From: Tubiluchus corallicola
Lineage: Eukaryota; Animalia; Priapulida
NCBI GenBank assembly: GCA_030141605.1
Contig: JAQGDQ010000682.1
Coordinates: 49,367-113,366, forward strand
Length of the DNA stretch: 64,000 nt
Reading direction: 5' to 3'
Shown in pieces: positions 1 through 13,480 of this stretch. A program made the translations under genes and the position numbers. Each line of letters opens with the position of its first letter. Position 1 is the stretch's first letter. Below the pieces are notes generated by a model. That model was not told the DNA's origin. It saw only the letters and a list, made by a program, of their open reading frames with translations, and ran no database searches.

Positions 1-35
1 GATTCTTAACAAACGATCGTTTTTTTTAAGTTTTA

Positions 36-228
36 TGACACATTCAGACGTAGAGACTTTTCTCCGAGAGTAAAAGTCGCACTTGTGAACAGCTTGGCAA
101 CTTCTCTCGCAATTTATTGCAAACTCGGCGAGATTTAACTTGCGAGAGAAGTTGCCTTGCCTTTCACACGTGCGACTTTACTCTCAGAGAGAAGTTGCGA
201 GAGAAGTCGTTACATCTGAACATGCCCT
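36..228. mobile_element. PIF/Harbinger-like MITE (degenerate)
   Basis: Imperfect terminal inverted repeats (acattcagacgtagagacttttctc ... gagaagtcgttacatctgaacatgccc, followed by TTA) and an internally palindromic body; similar to 54573-54725. Confidence 0.5.
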
Positions 229-1537
229 TATACAGTGATTATTCAGAGTTGAAATTTCTGACAAATGTGATTTTTGCTCTTGTGCTTTTCCTATAGTTTC
301 TGGCACTGCATATAGTAAAAGTCCCTAAGATACACTAATTTGTTTTCCAGTTTTTGCAGAAGTTATCAGTTTGTATTATCGTTGTTTAGTAATGTTTGTA
401 GCAGCCCATACCACTGTTGTATATATTCAGTTCTTTCTATTATGTATTATGCAAGTTTGTCGCTGGTAAAGAAGAGAGAAAACGTTCAACTTGCAGTGCC
501 CCTGACTGTTTAAAAATAACGAAACCATTGAAATACCTTGTATGAAATGATTTCGCTAATTCTGTAATCGACTAGTTCGTATATCCTGTAATAAAAATAC
601 TGCATAGAGACTGACGTGTTCAGATTAATAGGTTTACGTTAACATTCCGAATGCATATTGTTTATTATTTAAGTCAGTTTTGAAAATGTCCTTGGATCTA
701 AGATAAACATGTCAGGACAGGATTCGGTACTTTATTATTGTCAGCTGCTATAGTTTTGTAAATGTATGCAAATTTATTTCTACAAAAGTATGCAAAATAA
801 AATTCCTATGTAAAAGTTGATTTTGTACGCTGTAGCAATGTATACTGTATAGTCAATATATAGTTGATAAAACAATTATTGTTGCCAGTCTTAATAAATA
901 GGTGTTCAGAAAAGTAGCCATGTGAAGTAACTTTTGGGTTTGAAATTACCCGCAGAACAGAAAAACAATAAAAAAGACAATAACACGTTAAAATACATAT
1001 ACATACTGTATTAAATTTACAGTGCTTAAAATGCGGGATCTCTATAAATGTGTAGCAATGTGACATAGGGACTTATTGCTAACTAGTTAAGCATAAAATC
1101 ACAGAACAATCCTATCTGTAAACTAATAATAACATCTATGTACACACTAAAAACTTATTTTTACATATCAATAGACATAAGTAATGATAACTGAAAACTG
1201 GGTTATAGAGATTAATATTTTATAGTATTATGTACAATTTTTATCTATACAATCAATAGTCTATACAGCCTTGAATTAATAAATTTATTATTAATCTTTG
1301 TGTACAGGTCTCTCTCTGTACTGCCTTTTATCATTTTTAAATTGTAGTGAAAAGTGTAGACACTTGCAAAGAAATTTTATGAAAACGTTTATCACTTTTA
1401 AGCACTGTGGCTACAAAGGTAACAGAATCCTAACCTAACACGCTAATGTAATTGGTGCTACAATTTTACTAATTAATACTAGTCTAAGTGCACGCTCACA
1501 GTACAAAATTAGCAATACATGTAAAGTATCTTACTTA

Positions 1538-2004
1538 CAGTAATCCACTTATAAGGAGGCCTGTTATAAGGAGCCTCTGGCTAATACCAGCAAATTTGAA
1601 AGTGCCGTCAAATTTTAGGCTTAAATAATGCCTTTAAACCTTGTCAATTTTCTTACAGGCACAAAAACATTTGTAGTTAAGAAAACACAACTTTATGAAA
1701 AAATTTTACGTTAAAAAGTGAAAACCATGCCAGACATTTCGACTAGCTGCTGCTGTCACCATCAGTCGTAAATTTACAAACATACAACCAGTTTATACTA
1801 ATAAGTACTAATTTATAGTAGTACTGGTTGTATGTTTGTAAATTTAGCACTGATGATGACAGCAGCAACTAGTCGAAACATATGGCATCATTTTAACTTT
1901 TTAATGTAAAAGTTTTTGATAAAGTTGTGTTGTTTTACGAGATCCTGCTTATAACAAACAAATTTTCACGGTCCCTTGAAACTCGTAATAAACGGGTTAT
2001 ATTG
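1538..2004. mobile_element. Tc1/mariner (pogo/Tigger-type) MITE containing a long hairpin
   Basis: TA|cagtaatccacttataag ... ctcgtaataaacgggttatattg|TA: imperfect TIRs with TA flanks. Confidence 0.55.
1682..1936. repeat. ~110-bp-arm inverted repeat, Penelope-terminus-like, with hammerhead-ribozyme-like cores
   Basis: Arms ~1682-1792 and ~1823-1936 are near reverse complements; right arm has CTGATGA-T-GAC(agcagcaacta)GTC-GAAAC at 1850-1879. Confidence 0.7.
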
Positions 2005-3597
2005 TAGTTGCAAACCCCAAAAAGTATGCGTTTGACAAAATGGCTACCTTGTAAGATTTACATACACAAAATGAAAATATCAACTTGGGCTTGTTTACCT
2101 ATGTAAAAACTGCAACTGTAGCCTCAACAAAAACTGAACAGTCGGCATTACAAATTTACACTTAAATTTTGTGTCCGTGGAAACTTATAATGCCAGCAAC
2201 ATTAAATATTCCAGCTTCTGGCATAAAAGTAACATTTAAAACCAATTTACTATACAAATTTTATCAACCTTTAAGCATCAACGAAAAAAATTTAAAGAGT
2301 TAACACTTAATTTTTCAGAGAATCCTTCATTTTAAGATGCGTATTTTGTCATGGCAGTTTAATCTTACCTCTGGTAAACTCGTGAATCAAAAGTTAAACG
2401 TTCGAGTAAGAAAACGCATAATACACACTACCTTAACAACTGTAACCTGAGATTTGGTAGGTGTTGGAAGAATTTACCTTTAAGTTTAACTACAGGGATT
2501 GCAGCCATTCAGACTGTGCTGTATTAACACATGCACATGTAGAGCTTAATGTTTACATTATATTTAATATTTGTTTAGCTGGATATAATCATGTTAAAAG
2601 ATAAATGTATTCAGTTATGTAAAAAAAGTTAAAGTAAAGTTTTGCAGTAATTACAGATCTTATTTAATGAACTTAATTACAGTAATTGCAATCACAGAAC
2701 TTATTTAATGAACATCCTTAGATCTTCCAAGTACGCAAAGTGACATTTTCAAAAATAAATTCAGTTCTTACTATTACCGTCCTTAGATTACATCAATGCC
2801 AGGATATATTACTATCATTTTAACGACTTTCATGGCAAATATGCATAAAGGAAGTTGTACATCTAAGTATACTTCCTGCAACACGGCAAACACAGCAAAG
2901 ATTTAACGCTGCACGATCCTTATACCAAAAGTAAAATACCCTTTACATTTTGCCAGCTACAGTATTGTACGGCCATGTTCTAATGCAAATGACACGCTAG
3001 TGATAACAGCTTCCCTCCCGTAAGCAAAGGAGCATTCATCACGTGGAGTTACGATGAATTTCAAAGAAAGCATAGAATAAAATTAGTGACACCTTAGCCA
3101 TTTGACTACCATTTCATGCTAATACACCATGTTGATATATTGATAATCAGAAGATTTTCAGTTTTCTCCTTAGAGCTGCAGCACATAAAGCAGTGCAGAT
3201 ACTCTTATAGAGCTTTATCTCTACCACTACTACTATCTTTACAACTAAGTAAATTTATTGACAATGTCACGAGCTTGAATATTATCGGTATTTCAAATTT
3301 TATAAAATTCAACAGACGTTATTTAGAAAGAAAATAACAGTTCATTATATAAATAATTGTAAAAAATTGTTGAATAGAACTAAATTAAGAATAATGTATA
3401 ACTAAAATTATGCGCAAAAATTATAACTTGTCTAAAATACGTAGGGCTATACAATCTAAAACTTTTTTCACTTTTTTACATTTTAAGAATTATTTTTACA
3501 GATCTATAGATATACTTATATTTGATGTACTTTGTTCAAGAGCTGTATAGACGTGGACAAGCAACGTTTCCCGGAAATCGAAGATTTTCTCGCTGTC

Positions 3598-4311
3598 CTA
3601 ATCTATATCTTCGATGTCGTCATATTCCATTGCGAAATCATCATCCATTGATCCAGATTCTCCAGACACGGCTAAAACGCTGAGAGCCCGGCAGGAGAAA
3701 AACAAAATTCTCTTCAGCTTTTTGTTGTAGAAGAAAAAATTGAAGGACCAAATATTACCCTCCTCTCCGTATGGGTCGGACTCCAGGTCCGGATTGTAGC
3801 TGTAAATGTCGCAGTCCTCTAGAGCAATCTCTGCATCCATGGCTGCCCACAATTGAGGTTTCAACGTGTTAAAAGCTTCCCCCGCTGCCGCATACAAGTT
3901 GGAGTTGACGGTATTCATCACCCACTGTAACGTCGGTTCCTTGCTAAACTCGTAACTCTTTGCATTGCTGAAGTCGTAGTCGGGTTGAAACGAAGCGTTC
4001 AGGGTGCTGATCAGATAGAAGAGGGTCTTTCTGCTGATGACGTCACACAGAGGTTGCTCCTCGTTGTCGGAGCTAAAACTTCGACTGTACATTGAAGTAC
4101 CGGGACTATGAGACATCATGCTTTGCGGGGGAGCCAGGGCTTGCAGGTCGCTCACTCCCGGATCTTGGTGTAGAGCTTTAAACAGTTTCTTATCTGTACC
4201 AGCCATTTTGCAGGAATAACTTTCGACCCGCCCGTATATTCGGCAATTTTCTGTCTCGATCGACAATGCCAAGTTCAACGCATCCAGCTGCGCATTTTCA
4301 AGCAATTTCAT
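3598..4311 (-). CDS. MAF1: MAF1, repressor of RNA polymerase III transcription (237 aa, uninterrupted CDS)
   Basis: Starts MKLLEN (ATG at 4311); conserved [49 protein letters not shown] and [21 protein letters not shown] motifs; acidic C-terminal tail. Confidence 0.97.
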   Translation of the reverse strand: MKLLENAQLDALNLALSIETENCRIYGRVESYSCKMAGTDKKLFKALHQDPGVSDLQALAPPQSMMSHSPGTSMYSRSFSSDNEEQPLCDVISRKTLFYLISTLNASFQPDYDFSNAKSYEFSKEPTLQWVMNTVNSNLYAAAGEAFNTLKPQLWAAMDAEIALEDCDIYSYNPDLESDPYGEEGNIWSFNFFFYNKKLKRILFFSCRALSVLAVSGESGSMDDDFAMEYDDIEDID

Positions 4312-4799
4312 CTTTGCGCGGCTGTTTGACAAAACGATACAGATTCTGATTTCTCAATGTGAATTTTTTGGTATCGAATAAACCGAAACAAACCTAGCTA
4401 AACACAAAATAAAAAACTATATCTATATATTAAGTAATAATAACAGTGAAATGCAGACCAGAATTTAACAGTTCAGTATCTTGCTACATGCACAACACGA
4501 ACTCACAGAATGAACTGATAGCCGTCCCATCGTTAACTTTATAAAACTGCTCGGGTGACTGTTTAGTATGTCGATGCCTTTTTGCTTACACGGCTGTCCG
4601 AAACCCAGTAAGAAAATCGAGGAAGAGTCAACATCCTGACTTTCCCTAGGCATGATGGAACAGGAACAAAGCTGCTTCGCAATGATATCACACCTCGTGA
4701 CTACCTGACTCTTCCTGAGCACAAAGTAAAGTTCTGAAACTTAAAATAAAAGCATTTTAATTGTTACTCGCTTACTCAAGTTTTTTATGTCTATTTTAA

Positions 4800-5326
4800 A
4801 GGAAAATGGCAGGACTGATTAGACTAAATCTCATTTTAATTTATCGGCCGAAATATATATTTTCTTGCCTATAAAAGTTAACAAATGCTTCTTATATTTC
4901 AATAATTAGCTTGAAAGTTAATTAACGACAACCGAAAACAGCTATCACTTACGTCACAAACTAACCACAATTTGTGCAATGGTAGTTATCTTCCCTGCAT
5001 GTCAAACATGTTTGCATCTTGCAGACATGTAAGCGAACAGTCCTATAAGACGCTGATGTTACGTCACGAAAATGAGCTCACAATGGTGTCACAGACAGAC
5101 GAACACTGCAGTTCATGATCATGCTTGGGACGGTACTGTGCCTATTTGTCGGCCTCAAAAATGTGACAAAAAAGCGTCACTTGGTGGATTAGCCGAGCCA
5201 GGCATAGCTTTGAATGTTTAGTATTATTTAATTTCAGCTTTGATATAAAAAAGCTATTGTAGTTTTTCAATATTTTATAGCCTATTTTATTTCCAACTAA
5301 TGTCCACACAATCATATGATTTTCCT
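4800..5326 (+). mobile_element. Kolobok-like MITE family A, copy 1
   Basis: TTAA|aggaaaa...ttttcct; body aligns by eye with 27772-28246, 33202-33716 and 55928-56470. Confidence 0.75.
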
Positions 5327-6222
5327 GTAATGATAAGTCTTAATTTTCAAAACAGTTTGGGACAATGTGGTGTTTCTGCACTTACCTGCAAGATGTGCTT
5401 ATTACGATAATGGTGCGGCAGGACTGGATCTTAGAAAATCCTCTAAAAAATAAAAAGAAGAAATTTGGTTCAGCTACATTTAAATGCAAATACTATTTAG
5501 ATAAATAGCTAGAGGATAAATGTCATCATTTTCACCAATTACACCTCAGTTTCAAAAAAGTTACCATGTCACATACATGGCTGGATTACCCAACAGCCTA
5601 CTATAGGCTGTAACCTAGGGCCTCCGTCAAGCCTTGGAGGGTCCATACTTTGCATTTCTGAATAACTCAAATAACTTAAAATAAAATTTTAACTATAAAA
5701 AAGAAAGCCAGGAAGTCTGATAATCCAATTTTAATGTGGTGTTCCTCATTTGAGATAAAGTATCCCTGTTTGGGGCCTTTTATTTGAGACAAAGGGCCCT
5801 TCTTTGAGGTCCTTTATTTGAGATAAGAACCACTCATTGAAGCTCTTTATTTAAAATATGGGGACCCCACCTACACAAATGTTACTGGAATATATCACAA
5901 GTAACAAATATTTCAGACAAGTGCAAGCAAATTAGAGGGTGGCTTCGTCTACTCCATAATTTCATTAGCCTAGGAGCCCTAAAAGATCACAATCTAACCC
6001 TGACCACATACCATACAGTCAAGCTTTGTAACTATGGTACATCTGAAACTCTGGAGTAGATCGTATTTACCCGCCATTTTAGTGTCATCAGAATTATTTT
6101 TAACAAAGTTATTTTCTAACACGAAGTTTTTCAAATCTTTCGGTACACAAGTTGTTTTAATGGAGTGCTGATGAAGATATTGATCCAATCGGTTAATGAA
6201 TTTTTATTGCATAACTCTAATA

Positions 6223-6742
6223 CAGTCATACCTCGGTTTTCGAACCTCTTCGTACTCATACAAATTGGTTTTCGACCAGAAAATTCCAGTTGAAATTGTC
6301 TCCGTTCTCGACCAGAATTTCGGTACTCGACCAACCGCCAGGCACGTGATGAACGCATGCGCGGCGAACCGAGTAGAGCCGAGGGTAATCGACCGCACCC
6401 GAGAGTAGTCACACAGTCACGTGTTTCTGCTCTTGCTTACGTATACCATCACACTGCTACCAACACGTACGGTTTTTTCATGCTGGAATAATTATGTTTT
6501 TCTTTCTAAGGAATTCCATTATGTTTTTCTTATCAATAATGTCACATCTATTGTTTGAATAAGCATTTTTGCATTATTATATTTCGTTTTAGTAATACTT
6601 TACAGTTCGGTTGGTGCTTTTACAGAACGGATTATTTGCTTTTACATTATTTCTTATGGGAATAAATGATTCGGTACTCAACCAAATCGGTTTTCAAACA
6701 CTTTTTAGGAACGAATTATGGTTGAAAACCGAGGTATGACTG
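6223..6742. mobile_element. Tc1/mariner (pogo/Tigger-type) MITE
   Basis: TA|cagtcatacctcggttttc ... gaaaaccgaggtatgactg|TA: perfect 19-bp TIR with TA target duplication. Confidence 0.9.
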
Positions 6743-6789
6743 TATATTGTACTGTAGAGCTGTACTACATGTTGTAAAATACTTAAAAC

Positions 6790-7080
6790 TTTGTGGCATT
6801 GATTTTGAACAACTGGATAATCTTACAAGTGACAGGAAATGCTGGAAACAACTCTATGAGAAGGGCACATTCACCTTTGAAGAATGACAAAGTGACAAAG
6901 GGTGGAGGAGAGAAGAACACTACGCTATTAATCATGGGATCGTTCCCCACATTCCTTTTTCCCATGCCCCAGTGTCCACGGATTTGTCATTCAAGAATTG
7001 GAGTTATAAGTTATACGAATGCTCATTCACGAAGAAATCAACAGCAATAGGTATCGCCATCTTCGTTAATGAGGGGTAAC
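6790..7080 (+). mobile_element. RTE-clade LINE 3' remnant
   Basis: Frameshifted translation gives ..DRKCWKQL.. then FPCPQCPRICHSRIGVISY..H, resembling the C-terminal zinc-finger motif of RTE/BovB ORFs. Confidence 0.65.
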
Positions 7081-8977
7081 CAAAACTAACAAACTAATGA
7101 ACTTTACAGCACGCATGCAAGATTAAGAGAGCAGTCATCAAAAGGCATAACAGAAATTAGAAATATTTTTGTTGGGGTTTGCAAATGGAAAAAATTTTCC
7201 AATGGAGTTTAAGTCTGTAATCCTTCTCACTTTAGGTCAAGATTAAATATACTGGCAGCACATTCTAGAAAAAATTGTTGATCTTAGACTGTCAGAGCTC
7301 AGTCCAGAATCGGAACGTGCTGCTTTTTTCACATACAAGCATGCGTATAGTAAACTATGAAAACTGGAGAGCTTCGTATACTATTGTAACAGCACTGAGT
7401 ACTGACAATCCTGACTGGCTAGACTAGAAAACCTGCAATTCACAAAAACCTCATTTAGCACTAAAGTCTTGCCGTGTCTAAACTTTGTATTAACCACAGT
7501 CTCGTGACAGTAAATGTAAATAATTGTTAAAATGAGAGACAAAGGGTTAGCATATTATAATTATTATTTTCAGTATGCATTTTCGAAAAATCCACCCTAA
7601 ACTGACTGGCTTCATTGGCTTAAAATATGCAAACCTTGTCCATAAAAGATAAGTGTGACTTTTCATCAATGACCGCTTGTCTCAGCAGGTACAACACAAA
7701 GGTGGTCTGTCTTTCTCTTACAATATAGGCCTATATGCTAAAATAAAATATTTAGCGATGTGGTTCAAACTAATATATTGCGTTTAAAGTGCTGCACTAT
7801 TTTATTGTGTTTCAAGCTTTGAATTTAATTTGGAAACCAACCGACAGTTTTAAAAATGCACTAGATGAATAATTCTGCACTACAGGCTTCCTATAGATAT
7901 TAATACCATTGCGATATAATGGCAGCTCCACTGAGGCGTGATTTTATGCAGAACACTTTTTTGAAAATATCTATCCAACGGCACAAAGAATTCTTTACTA
8001 TTTATCTGCAGATAACTATTTTGATATATCTCACAACTTGCTCACTGTTAAGGCTTACCACGGTAGTGCAAAATAAAATGATCCTTATTCTTATACAGTA
8101 ATGTATCTAAAGGGCAATAGTTGAAATTTGATGATGTGAGTTAAATAAATTATGTTATTAGTGTGGCCACATTTTATATAATGTGTTACTGATTTCATAA
8201 TTCCACAGCACAATTAATCGCAGGTAAGAGCAAATAATTTAATCAACATCCACTAAGGTTTAATGCAACCTTTTCCGACTACAAAAAATTATCATCGCAC
8301 ATCAAGGTTAGATGCTCTCTTTTTAAACTATTTGGCATTAAGCACAATTTTTCGATATGTGTACGTTACTATTGCCATTGGTTCTACTATTACTGAGCTA
8401 ATACTAGTAATACAGTAATATAATAAGTTGCAATAGGAATTGCACTGCCACTGCCGACACTACCTCCTTCTCACTCCAAACCTTCCCTTCCTCTCCGTCA
8501 TACCCACAACAGCAACACATGCACGATTTATTCCGCAAAACTTAAAGTTACCTTATTTTCAGAAAACAGAAAAATCAATCGGAATTTTGCAAATAAACAA
8601 CCAAGCAAAATCAAAATTTAACCTATTTATTTTGTTGTTTTGCAGGTTACCTAATAAATAAAAGCAAATTGCTCGATGTTGAAACGCGAAACAGCTGTTT
8701 TGAGTTAAGTACAAATATTGACCACTAGGCGACACTGTACTTGAACATTTTCTGTGACTTAACACGTTTTGTAGAATAAAGTTGCACAGATTTGACTTTT
8801 AAAAATAATAATATAATTTTTCTTGTTCTTAACCAACAGTTTGATAAAAATACTATATCTCATAAAAATAACTGCTAATATTATTATCCGTGTTTGTTTT
8901 ATAACAACAGCACTTAAAAAATTAGCAAAATTATTATAAGATCACATCAACGTATTAATTATAATCCCGAAAAAACG

Positions 8978-9830
8978 TAGTACTAGGAATTTTTGGTACA
9001 TGGTGATTTTGGAACAGATAAATTTTGTTCTATCATGTTAAGGTACAAAGAATTTTTGGTACTAAGAAAATGTGGCACAAGGAAAGACTGGTTAATTAAA
9101 AAGTTTATAAAACATTATACTGTAATTAATAGTGCGTGGCAGCTAATATTTTGTCTGTGATTATCCCACCCATGCAGGTACTTTTGAAAATTCTTTCAAC
9201 AAAAAATGAGAGGTTTTCAACTCACCATGCAAATTTTCCAAAAGGCTCGGTCAATTTGTTTTTTTCGGGAAAAATGATCAGTTTCTCTGTTTTTTTACAA
9301 TTTTTTTATCAAACTGAGATAAGAACAGGACAGTGATGGTTAATTACATCACTGGACCGGCAACTGCAATGACAACAGCAACAGCAACAAAATGACGACT
9401 GTAACAATGACAGCAATGATAATGATGATGATAGTGGTGGTGGCAGTTAATAACAAACAACAGACTTACAAACAAAGAGGATGTGAACAAAAAACAAACA
9501 GAAGCAAATGCAATAAATGAGCTGCTATGACTTGTTCGAGTAGGTTACATAAAATATATTTTCATAGTATTAAACTTTTTCTGCACCGAATTTTCATAGT
9601 ACCAAACTTTCCGAGTACTAAGCTTTCCTAGTACCAAACCGTTTTACATTGTACCATATTTACTTGTAACAAAAACGCTTGACAAAAGTTCGTTAGTATC
9701 ACATTTACTCTCTACCAAATTTTCCCAGTACCAAAATTACCATGTACCAAAGTCTCCTGTTACCAAAACGTTCTTGTACCAAAATTACCAGCACCAAACG
9801 TACCTGTACCAAACTTATTAGTACCAAGAC
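8978..9830. mobile_element. Foldback-like element with inverted arrays of ~15-17-bp GTACCAAA units
   Basis: tttggtac units at 8978-9080 face gtaccaaa units at ~9565-9830. Confidence 0.45.
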
Positions 9831-10630
9831 CTACTGCGCACCATCTTAGCTAAGGCATTTTAAACAAGAAAAATCATCAAAACATAGAAACTTTTAAAAT
9901 TGTTTGCCCTATTCAAAGTACACGTAAGAACTACTAATGCAGCAGCATGTCTGTCTGTTCATTTTCATATTTGTTTTTTTAACCTGGTCTTAAATTTTTT
10001 ATACATGTCTTCTAAACTTTTTATGCAAGTTCTTGATTCGTGTGGATCATTATTACTCCAACCCGAATTTTAATTTTAATGTTGTTAAATGTTAATTACG
10101 GTCCACAATGTTTCCCAGTATTCATTTTGTGAATCAGCACAGATTGTCACATTAACCAATTGTTTTAAAACAGCTAACATTAGTCACCACCCCCCTATTT
10201 TGCTCTCTGTTATTATAAAAGTATGTTAGCCAGGTAATTCAACAGTTTCTTCATTAATTTCAATAGACGCGTTTTTACTACGAGATGAGATCACAAGTCT
10301 TTGAATTCGTAGGGATTATATTTGTAGAGTATTAATGCGCTAATTTCTTAAGAAGTAATTTTGATTGTTTGAGTAAACCAATTTCCTTGTTTAACATGGA
10401 AATTTAACATTGTTCTCCGCACCTTGCACTATATAGTTTTGTAGGAGATCCATTATGTTATTCATATGTTACTTTTCTTCAAACTATTTTCTCTGTCGAG
10501 AGAATACCATGGTTACTTCGTTGCAGGGCACTAACTCTGACATGTGTGTGCGTGAAACCTCGGAAGACTTGAATTTTGATAAAAATTGAGTGTTTTCTGT
10601 AAATATGTTGGAGTTTATAGAAGACAGAAG

Positions 10631-10808
10631 ATGTTATATTGCAGGAAAAGCACTGGACGTTTGATTGTCTTATTGTTATTTTATCTATTCTTTTTAGTGA
10701 TAGGAGCTTCGATATTTTCTGCTGTCGAGGCGCCAATGGAAATTGATCGTATTAGGAAATTACGTGATATTCGTTACAAGTTTTTGACAGGCAATTCTTG
10801 TTTAAAAG
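10631..10808 (+). CDS. First coding exon of a two-pore-domain K+ channel (TWIK/KCNK1-like): M1 helix and cap helix
   Basis: MLYCRKSTGRLIVLLLFYLFFLVIGASIFSAVEAPMEIDRIRKLRDIRYKFLTGNSCLK matches the K2P pattern YLxxGAxxFxxxExPxE...FL...C(cap); ends at phase-1 donor AAAG|GTTTGT (10809). Confidence 0.85.
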
Positions 10809-11699
10809 GTTTGTAAGCATGCATTTTTGGTAGAGGAAAGAAAAAACTAAAATATTTTATGCATGTTATTCAAGTTGTCAATTAATCAAGAAGACAGGAG
10901 AAATATGAACCAACAATTTTATGGATAAAGATCAATTATATTGCATGTCAAACCTTGAATGGGATCTAATTCAAGTCAAAGCAGTTTTTCTATAACATTT
11001 CAGGAACGAATGCGTGTATAAAAATATATAAACATAAATAGAGTAGTAAATGTGTTAATTAAGGCTGAAATAAAGTCAACGAGATATTTTACTTTTACTT
11101 TTAGGAAATGGACTAAAAAGTCATCAAGTCAGCTGCTCTTAATTTGGTATAATTTTATTAATGTAGACCTAATCCTGTAAGCCTATGACTAATTAATCAT
11201 TGTTATTTGCTAGTACTATGGAAGTGCTGTTGGAACTAGCAATTATGTGTGTGTTACAAGTGCCCCTTTTAACAAGAAAGTAACCATTATTCTCTTTCTC
11301 TATTTATCGTACTAACATACTGATATACTAACCATAAAACTTTAAATGTTTACAAAATCTTATCCAAAATTGCCATAGTGTTATATATTTAATAATAACT
11401 TATGTTATTGCCTTCTGTGTCCCCATAAGCTGCAGCTTCTGTAGCCTCCCCTAAAACGTAAGTCATCTAATGTTGCTTATTCTAAAAACATAAATTTACA
11501 AACACATATGTTGTAATATGTACCAGTTTTGTGTAATTCATAAGCAAAATTCATCTAAGCGTTATCCGGTGTTCGTCCTAATAAATCGAATTTGACTTGA
11601 ATTTGAATTGATTTTAACAAGCTTTAAAAGTTTTGAAGGACTGTCCATTGTCTGTGAAAACAAATTTAGTTTGACATGTGATGCTAAACGTTTGTGCTT

Positions 11700-12520
11700 T
11701 TCTTTATTGACTACACACATGGAACGAATATGTCTTGCACAAGAGAAACAAAAACAATAATTGTTTAGCATCTCGACATAGGCTGCCATTTTCTTCAGTC
11801 ACTTGTGATCCGCTTTCGATCATTGGTTGATTGTTGCACCGCGACTGTTTATCGCTTTGCAGAAAGAGATTTTTATGGAGCAGATATTTCACACTGCAGG
11901 CTTAAATGCTTGATTCTGTTTTGCGAATCAAGCTGTGCTCATTTTGCAAGATGTTTCCGTTTTTTTCTCGAGCACAGAAGAACATCAAAACTACTGTTCT
12001 CTGGTTTTGTTCTTTTTTCTGTGTTTTTTCCTGTCCGTGTGTGCTATAGTCACCTTTGCTTCTGAACTGAATGACTCCCAAGTGTAATACAAATTCATTA
12101 GCTTTGTGTACCTGCAGCTTGGTAGGAACACTAACTGAAAATCTGTTTGACAGTGTTATTACTACTACTCAAATTTTTACTGACACTGTACCTTTCTTAT
12201 CTTTTTATACTATTAATAAATACGTCACATTTCTGTATCATAATAAACAAGTTTTCTGTTCTTCTTAAGCTTAAACAAGCAAAGTCAAGTTGTTGATGTT
12301 GTTGTTGTTTACTGTTTTTAAACTGCTTTGCAACAAGTCTTTTATGTGATTTACGATTGTTGTCAATAAAGTGATAAAAATTCCAATGATGGTGACTGAA
12401 TAGTTATTCTGAATCTGAATAGTTGATGGCAGTCCTTTAACTTTGAAGATTACTTGCCTGTTTTGCACGAGGTGCGCAATGAGGTCCATGTTAGTGATAG
12501 GTGCTAAAGTGATAATAATT
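11700..12520 (-). mobile_element. Highly decayed Penelope-like element 3' part (linker, GIY-YIG remnant, hammerhead-like core)
   Basis: Minus-strand VKGLPSTIQ..NNYSV....TL...V.H.KD resembles the PLE linker; decayed YIGETGR-like segment follows; CTGAAGA...GTCGAGAT at 11798-11770, then AATAAA. Confidence 0.45.
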
Positions 12521-12918
12521 CCAATGAAGGTGACTGAATAGTTATTCTGAATCTGAATAGTTGATGGCAGTCCTTTAACTTTGAAGATTACTTGCCTATT
12601 GGACGAGGTGCGCAATGAGGTCCATGTTAGTGATAGGTGCTAAAGTGATGAAAATTTCAATGAAGGTGACTGAATAGTTATTCTGAATCTGAATAGTTGA
12701 TGGCAGTCCTTTAACTTTGAAGATTATTTGCCTATTGGACGAGGTGCGCAATGAGGTCCATGTTAGTGATAGGTGCTAAAGTGATGAAAATTTCAATGAA
12801 GGTGACTGAATAGTTATTCTGAATCTGAATAGTTGATGGCAGTCCTTTAACTTTGAAGATTATTTGCCTATTGGACGAGGTGCGCAATGAGGTGCATGTT
12901 AGTGATAGGTGCTAAAGT
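12367..12918. repeat. Tandem repeat, ~136-bp unit x4
   Basis: ggtgactgaatagttattctgaatc recurs at 12391, 12529, 12665 and 12801. Confidence 0.95.
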
Positions 12919-13029
12919 ATAAAGCAAGGTAAAACATGTCAAGGTTAAGGTTTGTGCTGGTTAGTGTGCTGTTAAAAAACTTAAAAGCATGTACAAATGC
13001 TTGTAAATGTACAAGTGCTTGTAAATGTG

Positions 13030-13480
13030 CTGATAGGTGAAAGAGCAGCTTTAAAGGTGGGGAGCAATGGGAGTTCTGTTGTTTCTCTGGAAAAGAATGT
13101 GCGTTTGTAGTATGCTTTCTTAGTGGAGATATTGGAATGTGTGAAGTTGTGGCTTCTTTTGTTTCGCGATGGTGCTAGATGTATGTGATGTAGAAAGCGA
13201 ATACCAACGAGTACGTTATTATTCGCTTTCCACTCGTTGATATTCGCTTTCCACATCACATACATCACGAAACAGATGAAGCCACAACTTAACGTATTCC
13301 GATATCTCATGACAGTACATGACATACATCTAATCTTGACCTTGTGGAACATGCGATGTTTTAATTTTGCTCAAAACCACATTATAAAGCTAGTTAAGTA
13401 CTGCAAGTTCCAAGCAGTAATTGGCCTGTAGGAAGCTTATGAAGGAGGTACTTGTTAAGTGCATCAAATTGACTTGTCCA
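13030..13480 (-). mobile_element. CR1/L2-group LINE ORF2 C-terminal remnant
   Basis: ..HLAPSRNKRSH..TKKAYYKRTFFSR..LP.TFKAAL resembles the YYKxSFFPRTIxxWNxLP..FK end of these ORFs. Confidence 0.55.

Noticed and set aside
4312-4332. TTG-initiated N-terminal extension of MAF1 in the ORF track
   Set aside because: Orthologs begin MKLLEN at the ATG at 4311.
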